64,000 bases of DNA from Yuukianura sp. NJ FZ-2021. Its lineage: Eukaryota. Below the pieces are notes generated by a model. It made no database searches, was not told the DNA's origin, and saw nothing but the letters and a program-made list of their open reading frames with translations. Positions within the stretch are counted from its first letter, which is position 1. Each line of letters begins with the position of its first letter. Of the stretch, positions 51,701 to 63,200 are shown piece by piece. The stretch is taken from assembly GCA_046563655.1 (NCBI GenBank), contig CM102283.1, positions 4,092,001-4,156,000 of the forward strand. The letters run 5' to 3'. The translations under genes and the position numbers were made by a program.

Positions 51701-54700
51701 AAAAAGTCAGAAGATGAGGGACGAAACAGCAAGTGAAAGCGGGTTCCCGTAGCCTTTTTTATGAGGATTTCAAAAATATAGTTGATTTTTACCAAGCATC
51801 GTTCCGGAATGCATTTCTTTTGAATTCTTTGTTTTGAAACATGAATTTTCATAAATAAAGGTAACAAGATGATGGACGACACAGCAAATGAAAGTGGGTT
51901 CTTGTAGCCCTTTTTATGAGGATTTCAAAAATATAGTTGACTCTTACCTAGCATCGTTCCGGAATGCATTTCTTTTGAATTCTTTGTTTTGAAACTTGAA
52001 TTTTCATAAAGAAAGGTAACAAGATGAGGCACGACACAGCAAGTGAAAGTGGGTTCCTGTAGCACTTTTTATGAGGATTTCAAAAATGTAGTCGACTTTC
52101 TGTTCATTCTCACATTTACGTGCTCAATCTCACAAATTTAAGTCGTTTTCGACAAAATGGTGCTCGGCATTGCCCTGGGTGCCGTTTACCAACCCAAGAT
52201 AAACTCCGAGGCAGAGCGGTTCATCCAGACTTTTAAGTACACTCTAACCAGATTTAATGGCGATCTATCCACGCCAATCAAACTTGGGTTCCTGTAGTAC
52301 TTTTCAGGAGGATTTCAGAAAAGTAACTCATTTTCACACGGCATCGCTCCGCGTGGAGGTTTTTCGAATAATTTGTTTTGAAACAAATTTTCATAAAAAA
52401 ATTTAGAAGATGAGGGACGAAACAGCAAGTGAAAGTGGGTTCCTGTAGCACTTTTTATGAGGATTTCAAAAATGTAATTTAGTTTCTGTTTATTCTCACA
52501 TTTGCATGTTCATTCTCACAAATTTAAGTCGTTTTGTGTCAAAATGGTGCTCGACATTGCCCTGGGTGCCGTATTCCAACCCGAGATAAAATCCGAGGTT
52601 GAGCGGTTCATTCATACTTTCAAGTACGCTCTAACCAGATTTAATTGCGATCTATCCACGCCAATTAAACTTGGGTTCCTGTAGTACTTTTCAGGGGATT
52701 TCAGAAAAGTAACTCATTTTCACACGGCATCGCTCCGCGTGGAGGTTTTTCGAATAATTTGTTTTGAAACAAATTTTCATAAAAAAAGTCAGAAGCTGAG
52801 GGACGAAACAGCAAGTGAAAGCGGGTTCCCGTAGCCCTTTTTATGAGGATTTCAAAAATATAGTTGACTTTTACCAAGCATCGTTCCGGAATGCATTTCT
52901 TTTGAATTCTTTGTTTTGAAACATGAATTTTCATAAATAAGGGTAACAAGATGATGGACGACACAGCAAATGAAAGTGGGTTCTTGTAGCCCTTTTTATG
53001 AGGATTTCAAAAATATAGTTGACTCTTACCTAGCATCGTTCCGGAATGCATTTCTTTTGAATTCTTTGTTTTGAAACTTGAATTTTCATAAAGAAAGGTA
53101 ACAAGATGAGGCACGACACAGCAAGTGAAAGTGGGTTCCTGTAGCACTTTTTATGAGGATTTCAAAAATGTAGTCGACTTTCTGTTCATTCTCACATTTG
53201 CGTGCTCAATCTCACAAATTTAAGTCGTTTTCGACAAAATGGTGCTCGGCATTGCCCTGGGTGCCGTTTACCAACCCAAGTTAAACTCCGAGGCAGAGCG
53301 GTTCATCCAGACTTTTAAGTAAACTCTAACCAGATTTAATGGCGATCTATCCACGCCAATCAAACTTGGGTTCCTGTAGTACTTTTCAGGAGGATTTCAG
53401 AAAAGTAACTCATTTTCACACGGCATCGCTCCGCGTGGAGGTTTTTCGAATAATTTGTTTTGAAACAAATTTTCATAAAAAAAAGTCAGAAGCTGAGGGA
53501 CGAAACAGCAAGTGAAAGCGAGTTCCCATAGCCCTTTTTATGAGGATTTCAAAAATATAGTTGACTTTTACCAAGCATCGTTCCGGAATGCATTTCTTTT
53601 GAATTCTTTGTTTTGAAACATGAATTTTCATAAATAAAGGTAACAAGATAATGGACGACACAGCAAATGAAAGTGGGTTCTTGTAGCCCTTTTTATGAGG
53701 ATTTCAAAAATATAGTTGACTCTTACCTAGCATCGTTCCGGAATGCATTTCTTTTGAATTCTTTGTTTTGAAACTTGAATTTTCATAAAGAAAGGTAACA
53801 AGATGAGGCACGACACAGCAAGTGAAAGTGGGTTCCTGTAGCACTTTTTATGAGGATTTCAAAAATGTAGTCGACTTTCTGTTCATTCTCACATTTGCGT
53901 GCTCAATCTCACAAATTTAAGTCGTTTTCGACAAAATGGTGCTCGGCATTGCCCTGGGTGCCGTTTACCAACCCAAGATAAACTCCGAGGCAGAGCGGTT
54001 CATCCAGACTTTTAAGTAAACTCTAACCAGATTTAATGGCGATCTATCCACGCCAATCAAACTTGGGTTCCTGTAGTACTTTTCAGGAGGATTTCAGAAA
54101 AGTAACTCATTTTCACACGGCATCGCTCCGCGTGGAGGTTTTTCGAATAATTTGTTTTGAAACAAATTTTCATAAAAAAATTTAGAAGATGAGGGACGAA
54201 ACAGCAAGTGAAAGTGGGTTCCTGTAGCACTTTTTATGAGGATTTCAAAAATGTAATTTAGTTTCTGTTTATTCTCACATTTGCATGTTCATTCTCACAA
54301 ATTTAAGTCGTTTTGTGTCAAAATGGTGCTCGACATTGCCCTGGGTGCCGTATTCCAACCCGAGATAAAATCCGAGGTTGAGCGGTTCACTCATACTTTC
54401 AAGTACGCTCTAACCAGATTTAATTGCGATCTATCCACGCCAATTAAACTTGGGTTCCTGTAGTACTTTTCAGGGGGATTTCAGAAAAGTAACTCATTTT
54501 CACACGGCATCGCTCCGCGTGGAGGTTTTTCGAATAATTTGTTTTGAAACAAATTTTCATAAAAAAAAGTCAGAAGCTGAGGGACGAAACAGCAAGTGAA
54601 AGCGGGTTCCCATAGCCCTTTTTATGAGGATTTCAAAAATATAGTTGACTTTTACCAAGCATCGTTCCGGAATGCATTTCTTTTGAATTCTTTGTTTTGA

Positions 54701-54772
54701 AACATGAATTTTCATAAATAAAGGTAACAAGATGATGGACGACACAGCAAATGAAAGTGGGTTCTTGTAGCC
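39762..54772. repeat. AT-rich satellite DNA, left block: ~155-bp monomers plus ~235-bp and ~152-bp variants forming ~697-bp and ~1085-bp higher-order repeats
   Basis: The anchor GGGTTCCTGTAG recurs at 155-bp (A type), 235-bp (B type, 42452-42686) and 152-154-bp (C type) spacing. Identical spurious ORFs recur every 696-697 bp or 1086 bp. Confidence 0.97.
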
Positions 54773-55554
54773 TTTTTTTTTTTTTTTTTTTTTTTAAACT
54801 CTTCCGAGAGTTTCAAAAGACAGGCTCCCTGATTAATCATTTTTAATCACCAATTAACTAACCTCGGTCACTGGAATCAACTGGAATTCGACAGAAGAAC
54901 TCTTCCCGAACACGGTGATACTACTTTCGGCAGTACCAGGGAGGTATTTGTGGGATTTTTCAGTACTTTTCGATCAGCTGACCCTTCACTCTCGTGTATA
55001 AGTATAAACATTAATCAAGTTAATGCACTACTGACTACTCTTGTGTCTCGTGACAAACGAATCATCAGTGGCTAACATACTATCAGTAATCAATAACAAT
55101 CAACTACTAAACGGCAAAGGCATCGATAACTTCATAATCAAGCACTGAACGAGACTTAGAACACACTTCAAACCAAGGGCATTACAATCTACCCAAGGAT
55201 TACGACACCCATCTTTTGTTTCAATACTGCTAATTGTCCAGTGACACGAGACGACACGTTGCCAGCTCCAGTGCACATCAAGTCACTACCGTCGATCCGC
55301 AGGAAGAATCTTCATTGCGCAGGCACAAACAGAGGAATTAGTACTACCACACTACTCGTCTACACCTAAAAACGAACAGTTATCGTCTAGTAGCAACGTT
55401 TAACTAACATTCAGAACACATCAAGTAATTCCAGCATTCTTCTTTCAACTCCAAGTCATTCAATTTCAGTCAATTACGTTATCCCTACGCCAATTTCCCT
55501 TCGACCGAATACGCCGTTTACCTTTTACTGCAGAAGAACTACGAAATAATAACC

Positions 55555-55990
55555 AAGAGAGTAACCTAAATATTACGTAACCTACGGCCCAAGGTAACTC
55601 AGTAGAGTAACCTAAGGTAACCCAGTAGGGTAGCCTACGGCCTAAGGTAACTCAGTAGAGTAACCTAAGGTAACCCAGTAGGGTAACCTACGGCCTAAGG
55701 TAACTCAGTAGAGTAACCTAAGGTAACCCAGTAGGGTAACCTACGGCCTAGGGTAACTCAGTAGAGTAACCCAAGGTAACCCAGTAGGGTAACCTACGGC
55801 CTAGGGTAACTCAGTAGAGTAACCTAAGGTAACCCAGTAGGGTAACCTAAGGTAACCCAGTAGGGTAACCTACGGTCGAAGGTAACCCAGTAGGGTAACC
55901 TACTGTCAAAGGTAACCCAGTAGGGTAACCTACAGTCAAAGGTAACTCAGTAGGGTAACCTAAGAGGTAACTCAGTAGGGTAACCTAAAG
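55555..55990 (+). repeat. 53-bp/30-bp tandem repeat in the LINE 5' UTR
   Basis: Unit GGTAACTCAGTAGAGTAACCTAAGGTAACCCAGTAGGGTAACCTACGGCCTAA starts at 55593, 55646, 55699, 55752 and 55805, followed by shorter ~30-bp units. Confidence 0.9.
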
Positions 55991-56000
55991 TAAAAAGCTG

Positions 56001-56762
56001 ATGCCAATCTCACGTTCTCCCGTATCACAGAACATGTCGCAAACCACCCTACCTTTTCTCCCACAAAGTAAGGGTAGTAAGCGAGCTGCTGATTCGGAAC
56101 CAAACGCTGGAATCGAGCCAAGTTCAAAACGATCAAATCACTCAAATGACGATTTATTGGAGGCAATGACAAAAATGTTTGCAAACTTGGAAACAAGAAT
56201 TGAAACAAAAATCGACACGAGATGCGATTCCATCGAACTCAAACTTGAGAAATACCAGGAACAAATTGAAGAGCTACAAACCAAAACGGAGCAACAACAA
56301 AACGAAATCGATCAACTGAAAAAAATGAACTCCCGCCTGACAGACGAATTAAGACGAAATAACATTCTGATCCACGGACTTTCGGAAACTACAAATGAAA
56401 ACACGATGAACATCACCAACGACTTTTTTAACCACTACAATGTTCCGGTCAACGTAGAAGATGCATTTAGAATTGGAAAACTGAACCCATCGTCCGATAA
56501 GCCCCGCCCAATTAAAGTGCGAATCTCGACATTTGCCCAACGCATGCGAGCTCTACAGCTTCGGAAGACGTTCATACAAAACAAAGAAATTTACTCCATT
56601 ACCGAAGACCTCACGGTGGAAACCAGACTTGAAAGACAAAAAAATCGCGAATTAAGACAACGGGCCTCTGAATCCCGAACTCGAGCGCCAGGATCATCAA
56701 ATCCTACTATTCCCAGAACCTTTGCTTCTGCCACTCGAAGCTCATTCCCTGCCCCAAAATGA
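56001..56762 (+). CDS. LINE ORF1p (coiled coil + RRM/CTD-like), 253 aa
   Basis: Heptad-rich segment followed by LRRNNILIHGLSE, AFRIGK, PRPIKVRI and ITEDLT motifs typical of L1/L2/CR1-type ORF1. Confidence 0.88.
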   Translation: MPISRSPVSQNMSQTTLPFLPQSKGSKRAADSEPNAGIEPSSKRSNHSNDDLLEAMTKMFANLETRIETKIDTRCDSIELKLEKYQEQIEELQTKTEQQQNEIDQLKKMNSRLTDELRRNNILIHGLSETTNENTMNITNDFFNHYNVPVNVEDAFRIGKLNPSSDKPRPIKVRISTFAQRMRALQLRKTFIQNKEIYSITEDLTVETRLERQKNRELRQRASESRTRAPGSSNPTIPRTFASATRSSFPAPK

Positions 56763-56837
56763 CGACTCGGCCGCCCTATCAATAGCCTACCAAACAAAAC
56801 AAGTACAGCATCCTGCAGCAAAACATTTTTAAACAAC

Positions 56838-59800
56838 ATGACAATCTTCTATTTGAATGCAAGAAGTGTAAATAACCTGGGACCGACTTTCTGGAACGAA
56901 TTCTTGACACTTCAACCTTCTCTTTTCTGCCTATCAGAATCAATGCAATGGGAAAATTATAAAAACCTCAGACTACAGCAACAATATACAGTTCATCAAA
57001 TTTTAGCCAAAAAACATCACAGGGGGCGTCCATATGGAGGCTTCATATTTGGCTGGCACAACTCACTAGACTCACAAATCACTTTACTAGAGACGAGGGA
57101 GCACTCCATACTACTAACCGTTCGCAACCATCAATCACAAGTTCTCTTGCTGTTCACCTACATTCCTCCGGGCAAATTCAACCAAAAACTAGTGACCGAA
57201 ACACTTGAAACTGTGAAATTCACGAACAAACCGGTATTGCTAATGGGAGACCTAAATTCAAGAACCGGAGAAAGAAACACCACTCCATTGTATAAAAGGA
57301 AAAGCAAGGACAAGTTGATAAACGGAAACGGGAGAAACCTGCTATCAGTTGCTGCCGACTGTAACCTTACAATTTGTAATGGAGCAATAACAGGAGATGA
57401 ACAAGGGGAAATAACAATGGTAAACCCAGCAAACGCAGGGTGCAGTGTCGTAGATCTTGTGCTTACATCCCAGAACTGGCGAGGCAACGTTAATGATTTG
57501 AAAATACTAGACTGGCATCATTCCGACCATTTCCCTTTGCTCCTCTCACTCCAAAAAACGGTCAACCTACCGCAGAACGAGGAAGGCCAGACCCAAGAAA
57601 AAATAACCATCCCCTCAGAAAAAATGGAAAAACACGCCTTTTATCAACATCTTGAGGCCTCACTGAATTATGAAATCGAGGATGCAAACCAAGCTAGTCT
57701 TCACCTACAGGAAAAAATCTTTGAAACCGCTAAGGTAACAGGTAACCACAAGAAGTCAAAGCCAAAACCAGAAAGACCAAAGCCGAAGTGGTTTGACGCT
57801 GAGTTGAACTCCTTGAAATGGAGGAAAAACAATGCCATCCGCAAGTTGAGAAGATGCAGCGAAGAGAATAAAATGTCATGTGCACAACGCTACATAGTAG
57901 CCCAGAAACTATACAAGCAACAACTAGTTCACAAGAAATCTCTGTTCCTGTCAAATTTTGTCTCGCATCTCCACTCATCCAAAGACCCGGCAAACTTCTG
58001 GAAGGCCGTAAAATACTTCACAGCTCAACCAACCTCACAAGACAAAATCCCGAAGGATACGTGGTTCCAACACTTCCAGGACCTCTTTAAAGCCCGTGAC
58101 GTTCCGAACCATCAACTAAATATCCTAAATACACCATTCGTAGAAAATGAAATACTAGATCGTGACGTAACAGCAATTGAGATAAGGATGGCAACAAAGT
58201 CGTTGAAGACACGAAAAGCAACAGGTCCTGACAGAATCCCGAATGAGTTATGGAAAGGGGCCACCCCAAACATTCTAATTTTCCTGGTTACTCTCTTCCA
58301 AAATATTCTACAGAACGGGATACTGCCACAGCATTGGTGTAATACTCGAATACTTCCATTACACAAAAAAGGACCTAAAGAGCAGCCGCAAAATTACCGT
58401 CCAATATCGCTGATGAATACGATACTAAAGCTGTTTACTAAAGTGCTGAACACGAGAATCAACAACTGGATAAATGCCAACAAAAAAATTTCAGACTTTC
58501 AAGCTGGCTTCAGAAAATCTAGATCCTGTACTGACCACATATTCACATTAATGGCTATGATTCAATGCCAGATGTTGAAACAAAAAGAGTTATATGTCGC
58601 ATTCGTTGACTTGTCACAGGCTTTTGACACTCCAAACCACTCTCTACTCTGGGAGGTCCTAGGAAACATGGGTGTCTCAACAAAATTTCTAAAAGTATTC
58701 AAGTCCCTGTATGACAACGCCACTACTCAAATTAATACCAGCGAAGGACTCACCGACCCGATTAAAATAATGAAAGGGGTGCTCCAAGGTGAATCTGCCA
58801 GTCCCACCCTCTTCAATTTGTTCATTGAAGACCTAGTAAGCAGGTTTACCAATTCACTACTCAAAGGCTACACTCTGGGCTCCCGTATTATTCATGTTCT
58901 GCTCTACGCTGACGACCTTGTAATCACAGCACAGTCCAAGGAACTGCTCCAAGAGAAAATCAAAATCGCCTCCAACTTTTTCAAAGCCAGAGGTCTCCAT
59001 GTCAACCTTACAAAAACAAAGGTAGTACCATTCCGTCTTTCGGGAAGATTACGAAAGGATGACCTGTTCCTTTGGAATGGAACACTGATAGAAACAGTGG
59101 CAGAATACAAGTACCTCGGTGTGATCTTCCAATCTAACGGCACATTCCACAAAGCTGCAAGGAGTGCAGTTGAGAAAGGAATTTCAGCACAAGGAGCAGT
59201 CTTGGGTTTACTCAAGAAATCTGCTTACATTGACCTGTGGACGGTTAAGATGCTACTCAACTCACTTGTAACATCCACAACCTTATACAACTGTGAAACC
59301 TGGGGTTTACTACATTCTAACACCGTAGAAACGGTTCAACAAAACTACTACAAACGAGTTTTCCACTTCCACTCCAACAAAAGAGCCTGGCAACTGTTCA
59401 CAAAATTCCACTCAAAATCTTGCTCTGACCTCACAAAGAACGCATACCTACAACTAAGGAAAGTTACACTACTCCACCCTGATCAAAAATACAGTTGGTG
59501 CCTACAGCTTAGAGCCGCCCTTACCCAAATTGGGGAAGAGGACGCCTATGACGGGGGAAACTTACATGACATCAGAGCAAGAACAAAAATAATAATCAAG
59601 AAACTTGCGAACTTCTACCGGGATTCAGACAAGAGACGTGCATCGCTGTCTAGTTCCATACCACACTACTCTGCCCTTGAGGAAGATTTCCCGGCGAAGG
59701 AATTACTTTCCAAACGGTTCCCAGCCTACCTCACCAGAACAGTCATGCAGATCCGACTGAACATGAACCAGCTCTACCACAACCGAAAACGGCTTGATCT

Positions 59801-60032
59801 CGGCCAGTTCAAAGAAAAGTTCTGCAGTTTCTGTGGGGACCAACTGTCTTACTACCACGCTCTGTGGACTTGTCCACAGACTAACACACACCGGAACCAT
59901 TTGCACATCCCAGCGTACCAATGTCCAATTGTTTGGGTCAGTTCACATTCCACAGACTTCACATTTATCAAGAACCTCCAAATTCTAAATCAAAGAGTGC
60001 TGTCAATGTTCGAGCCTACCCTGGACCGATGA
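56838..60032 (+). CDS. LINE ORF2p: APE endonuclease + reverse transcriptase + C-terminal CCHC motif, 1064 aa
   Basis: YLNARS, LSES, YIPP, GDLNSR, VVDLV, SDHFPL (APE); KATGPDRIP, YRPISL, QAGFR, FVDLSQAFD, GVLQG, YADD, YKYLG (RT); CSFCG....YYHALWTC. Confidence 0.97.
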   Translation: MTIFYLNARSVNNLGPTFWNEFLTLQPSLFCLSESMQWENYKNLRLQQQYTVHQILAKKHHRGRPYGGFIFGWHNSLDSQITLLETREHSILLTVRNHQSQVLLLFTYIPPGKFNQKLVTETLETVKFTNKPVLLMGDLNSRTGERNTTPLYKRKSKDKLINGNGRNLLSVAADCNLTICNGAITGDEQGEITMVNPANAGCSVVDLVLTSQNWRGNVNDLKILDWHHSDHFPLLLSLQKTVNLPQNEEGQTQEKITIPSEKMEKHAFYQHLEASLNYEIEDANQASLHLQEKIFETAKVTGNHKKSKPKPERPKPKWFDAELNSLKWRKNNAIRKLRRCSEENKMSCAQRYIVAQKLYKQQLVHKKSLFLSNFVSHLHSSKDPANFWKAVKYFTAQPTSQDKIPKDTWFQHFQDLFKARDVPNHQLNILNTPFVENEILDRDVTAIEIRMATKSLKTRKATGPDRIPNELWKGATPNILIFLVTLFQNILQNGILPQHWCNTRILPLHKKGPKEQPQNYRPISLMNTILKLFTKVLNTRINNWINANKKISDFQAGFRKSRSCTDHIFTLMAMIQCQMLKQKELYVAFVDLSQAFDTPNHSLLWEVLGNMGVSTKFLKVFKSLYDNATTQINTSEGLTDPIKIMKGVLQGESASPTLFNLFIEDLVSRFTNSLLKGYTLGSRIIHVLLYADDLVITAQSKELLQEKIKIASNFFKARGLHVNLTKTKVVPFRLSGRLRKDDLFLWNGTLIETVAEYKYLGVIFQSNGTFHKAARSAVEKGISAQGAVLGLLKKSAYIDLWTVKMLLNSLVTSTTLYNCETWGLLHSNTVETVQQNYYKRVFHFHSNKRAWQLFTKFHSKSCSDLTKNAYLQLRKVTLLHPDQKYSWCLQLRAALTQIGEEDAYDGGNLHDIRARTKIIIKKLANFYRDSDKRRASLSSSIPHYSALEEDFPAKELLSKRFPAYLTRTVMQIRLNMNQLYHNRKRLDLGQFKEKFCSFCGDQLSYYHALWTCPQTNTHRNHLHIPAYQCPIVWVSSHSTDFTFIKNLQILNQRVLSMFEPTLDR

Positions 60033-60254
60033 CCTCGGGACACCTGTAATTCCTTCCCATTGCACACTTCAATTAAGTCCATCTAATTCTACTGTCGACT
60101 TTGTATTACTTACATCATCTTACTTATTTTACTTTTCCTACATATTTGACTATGCTAACTTGTTTTTATTACTTTTAACTTAAACGAGCTGCAGGATTTC
60201 TAATTGATAGGGCAAAAGGCCAAATCAAATAAAAATTGATTGATTGATTGATTG

Positions 60255-63200
60255 ATAAATATAGGTAACAAGATGAGGCACGACACAGCAAGTGAAAGTG
60301 GGTTCCTGTAGCACTTTTTATGAGGATTTCAAAAATGTAGCTGACTTTTACCTAGCATCGTTCCGGAATGCATTTCTTTTGAATTCTTTGTTTTGAAACT
60401 TGAATTTTCATAAAGAAAAGTAACGAGATGAGGGACGCCACGGCAAGTGAAAGTGGGTTCCTGTAGCACTTTTTATGAGGGTTTCAAAAATGTAGTTGAC
60501 TTTTACCTAGCATCGTTCCGGAATGCATTTCTTTTGAATTTTTTGTTTTGAAACTTGAATCTTCATAAATAAAGGTAACAAGATGAGGGACGACACGGCA
60601 AGTGAAAGTGGGATCCTGTAGCACCTTTTATGAGGATTTCAAAAATGTAGTTGACTTTTACCCAGCATCGTTCCGGAATGCATTTCTTTTGAATTCTTTG
60701 TTTTGAAACTTGAATTTTCATAAAGAAAGGTAACAAGATGAGGCACGACACAGCAAGTGAAAGTGGGTTCCTGTAGCACTTTTTATGGGGATTTCAAAAA
60801 TGTAGTCGACTTTCTGTTCATTCTCACATTTGCGTGCTCAATCTCACAAATTTAAGTCGTTTTCGACAAAATGGTGCTCGGCATTGCCCTGGGTGCCGTT
60901 TACCAACCCAAGATAAACTCCGAGGCAGAGCGGTTCATCCAGACTTTTAAGTACACTCTAACCAGATTTAATGGCGATCTATCCACGCCAATCAAACTTG
61001 GGTTCCTGTAGTACTTTTCAGGAGGATTTCAGAAAAGTAACTCATTTTCACACGGCATCGCTCCGCGTGGAGGTTTTTCGAATAATTTGTTTTGAAACAA
61101 ATTTTCATAAAAAAAGTCAGAAGATGAGGGACGAAACAGCAAGTGAAAGCGGGTTCCCGTAGCCCTTTTTATGAGGATTTCAAAAATATAATTGACTTTT
61201 ACCAAGCATCGTTCCGGAATGCATTTCTTTTGAATTCTTTGTTTTGAAACATGAATTTTCATAAATACAGGTAACAAGATGATGGACGACACAGCAAATG
61301 AAAGTGGGTTCTTGTAGCCCTTTTTATGAGGATTTCAAAAATATAGTTGACTCTTACCTAGCATCGTTCCGGAATGCATTTCTTTTGAATTCTTTGTTTT
61401 GAAACTTGAATTTTCATAAAGAAAAGTAACGAGATGAGGGACGCCACGGCAAGTGAAAGTGGGTTCCTTTAGCACTTTTTATGAGGGTTTCAAAAATGTA
61501 GTTGACTTTTACCTAGCATCGTTCCGGAATGCATTTCTTTTGAATTCTTTGTTTTGAAACTTGAATTTCATAAATAAAGGTAACAAGATGAGGGACGACA
61601 CGGCAAGTGAAAGTGGGATCCTGTAGCACCTTTTATGAGGATTTCAAAAATGTAGTTGACTTTTACCCAGCATCGTTCCGGAATGCATTTCTTTTGAATT
61701 CTTTGTTTTGAAACTTGAATTTTCATAAAGAAAGGTAACAAGATGAGGCACGACACAGCAAGTGAAAGTGGGTTCCTGTAGCACTTTTTATGAGGATTTC
61801 AAAAATGTAGTCGACTTTCTGTTCATTCTCACATTTGCGTGCTCAATCTCACAAATTTAAGTCGTTTTCGACAAAATGGTGCTCGGCATTGCCCTGGGTG
61901 CCGTTTACCAACCCAAGATAATCTCCGAGGCAGAGCGGTTCATCCAGACTTTTAAGTACACTCTAACCAGATTTAATGGCGATCTATCCACGCCAATCAA
62001 ACTTGGGTTCCTGTAGTACTTTTCAGGAGGATTTCAGAAAAGTAACTCATTTTCACACGGCATTCCTCCGCGTGGAGGTTTTTCGAATAATTTGTTTTGA
62101 AACAAATTTTCATAAATACAGGTAACAAGATGATGGACGACACAGCAAATGAAAGTGGGTTCTTGTAGCCCTTTTTATGAGGATTTCAAAAATATAGTTG
62201 ACTCTTGCCTAGCATCGTTCCGGAATGCATTTCTTTTGAATTCTTTGTTTTGAAACTTGAATTTTCATAAAGAAAAGTAACGAGATGAGGGACGCCACGG
62301 CAAGTGAAAGTGGGTTCCTGTAGCACTTTTTATGAGGGTTTCAAAAATGTAGTTGACTTTTACCTAGCATCGTTCCGGAATGCATTTCTTTTGAATTCTT
62401 TGTTTTGAAACTTGAATTTTCATAAAGAAAAGTAACGAGATGAGGGACGCCACGGCAAGTGAAAGTGGGTTCCTGTAGCACTTTTTATGAGGGTTTCAAA
62501 AATGTAGTTGACTTTTACCTAGCATCGTTCCGGAATGCATTTCTTTTGAATTTTTTGTTTTGAAACTTGAATCTTCATAAATAAAGGTAACAAGATGAGG
62601 GACGACACGGCAAGTGAAAGTGGGATCCTGTAGCACCTTTTATGAGGATTTCAAAAATGTAGTTGACTTTTACCCAGCATCGTTCCGGAATGCATTTCTT
62701 TTGAATTCTTTGTTTTGAAACTTGAATTTTCATAAAGAAAGGTAACAAGATGAGGCACGACACAGCAAGTGAAAGTGGGTTCCTGTAGCACTTTTTATGG
62801 GGATTTCAAAAATGTAGTCGACTTTCTGTTCATTCTCACATTTGCGTGCTCAATCTCACAAATTTAAGTCGTTTTCGACAAAATGGTGCTCGGCATTGCC
62901 CTGGGTGCCGTTTACCAACCCAAGATAAACTCCGAGGCAGAGCGGTTCATCCAGACTTTTAAGTACACTCTAACCAGATTTAATGGCGATCTATCCACGC
63001 CAATCAAACTTGGGTTCCTGTAGTACTTTTCAGGAGGATTTCAGAAAAGTAACTCATTTTCACACGGCATCGCTCCGCGTGGAGGTTTTTCGAATAATTT
63101 GTTTTGAAACAAATTTTCATAAAAAAAGTCAGAAGATGAGGGACGAAACAGCAAGTGAAAGCGGGTTCCCGTAGCCCTTTTTATGAGGATTTCAAAAATA

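Larger units (their letters stand above)
54796..60254 (+). mobile_element. Full-length non-LTR retrotransposon (CR1/L2/Daphne-type LINE) inserted in the satellite
   Basis: ~1.2-kb 5' UTR, two intact ORFs, and a 3' end GGGCAAAAGGCC..AATAAAA(ATTG)5. Preceded by T23 (54773-54795). No TSD found. Confidence 0.93.

Noticed and set aside
39762-54772. CRISPR-like appearance of a recurring anchor motif
   Set aside because: The intervening sequences are themselves repeats, not unique spacers; eukaryotic context and no cas genes.
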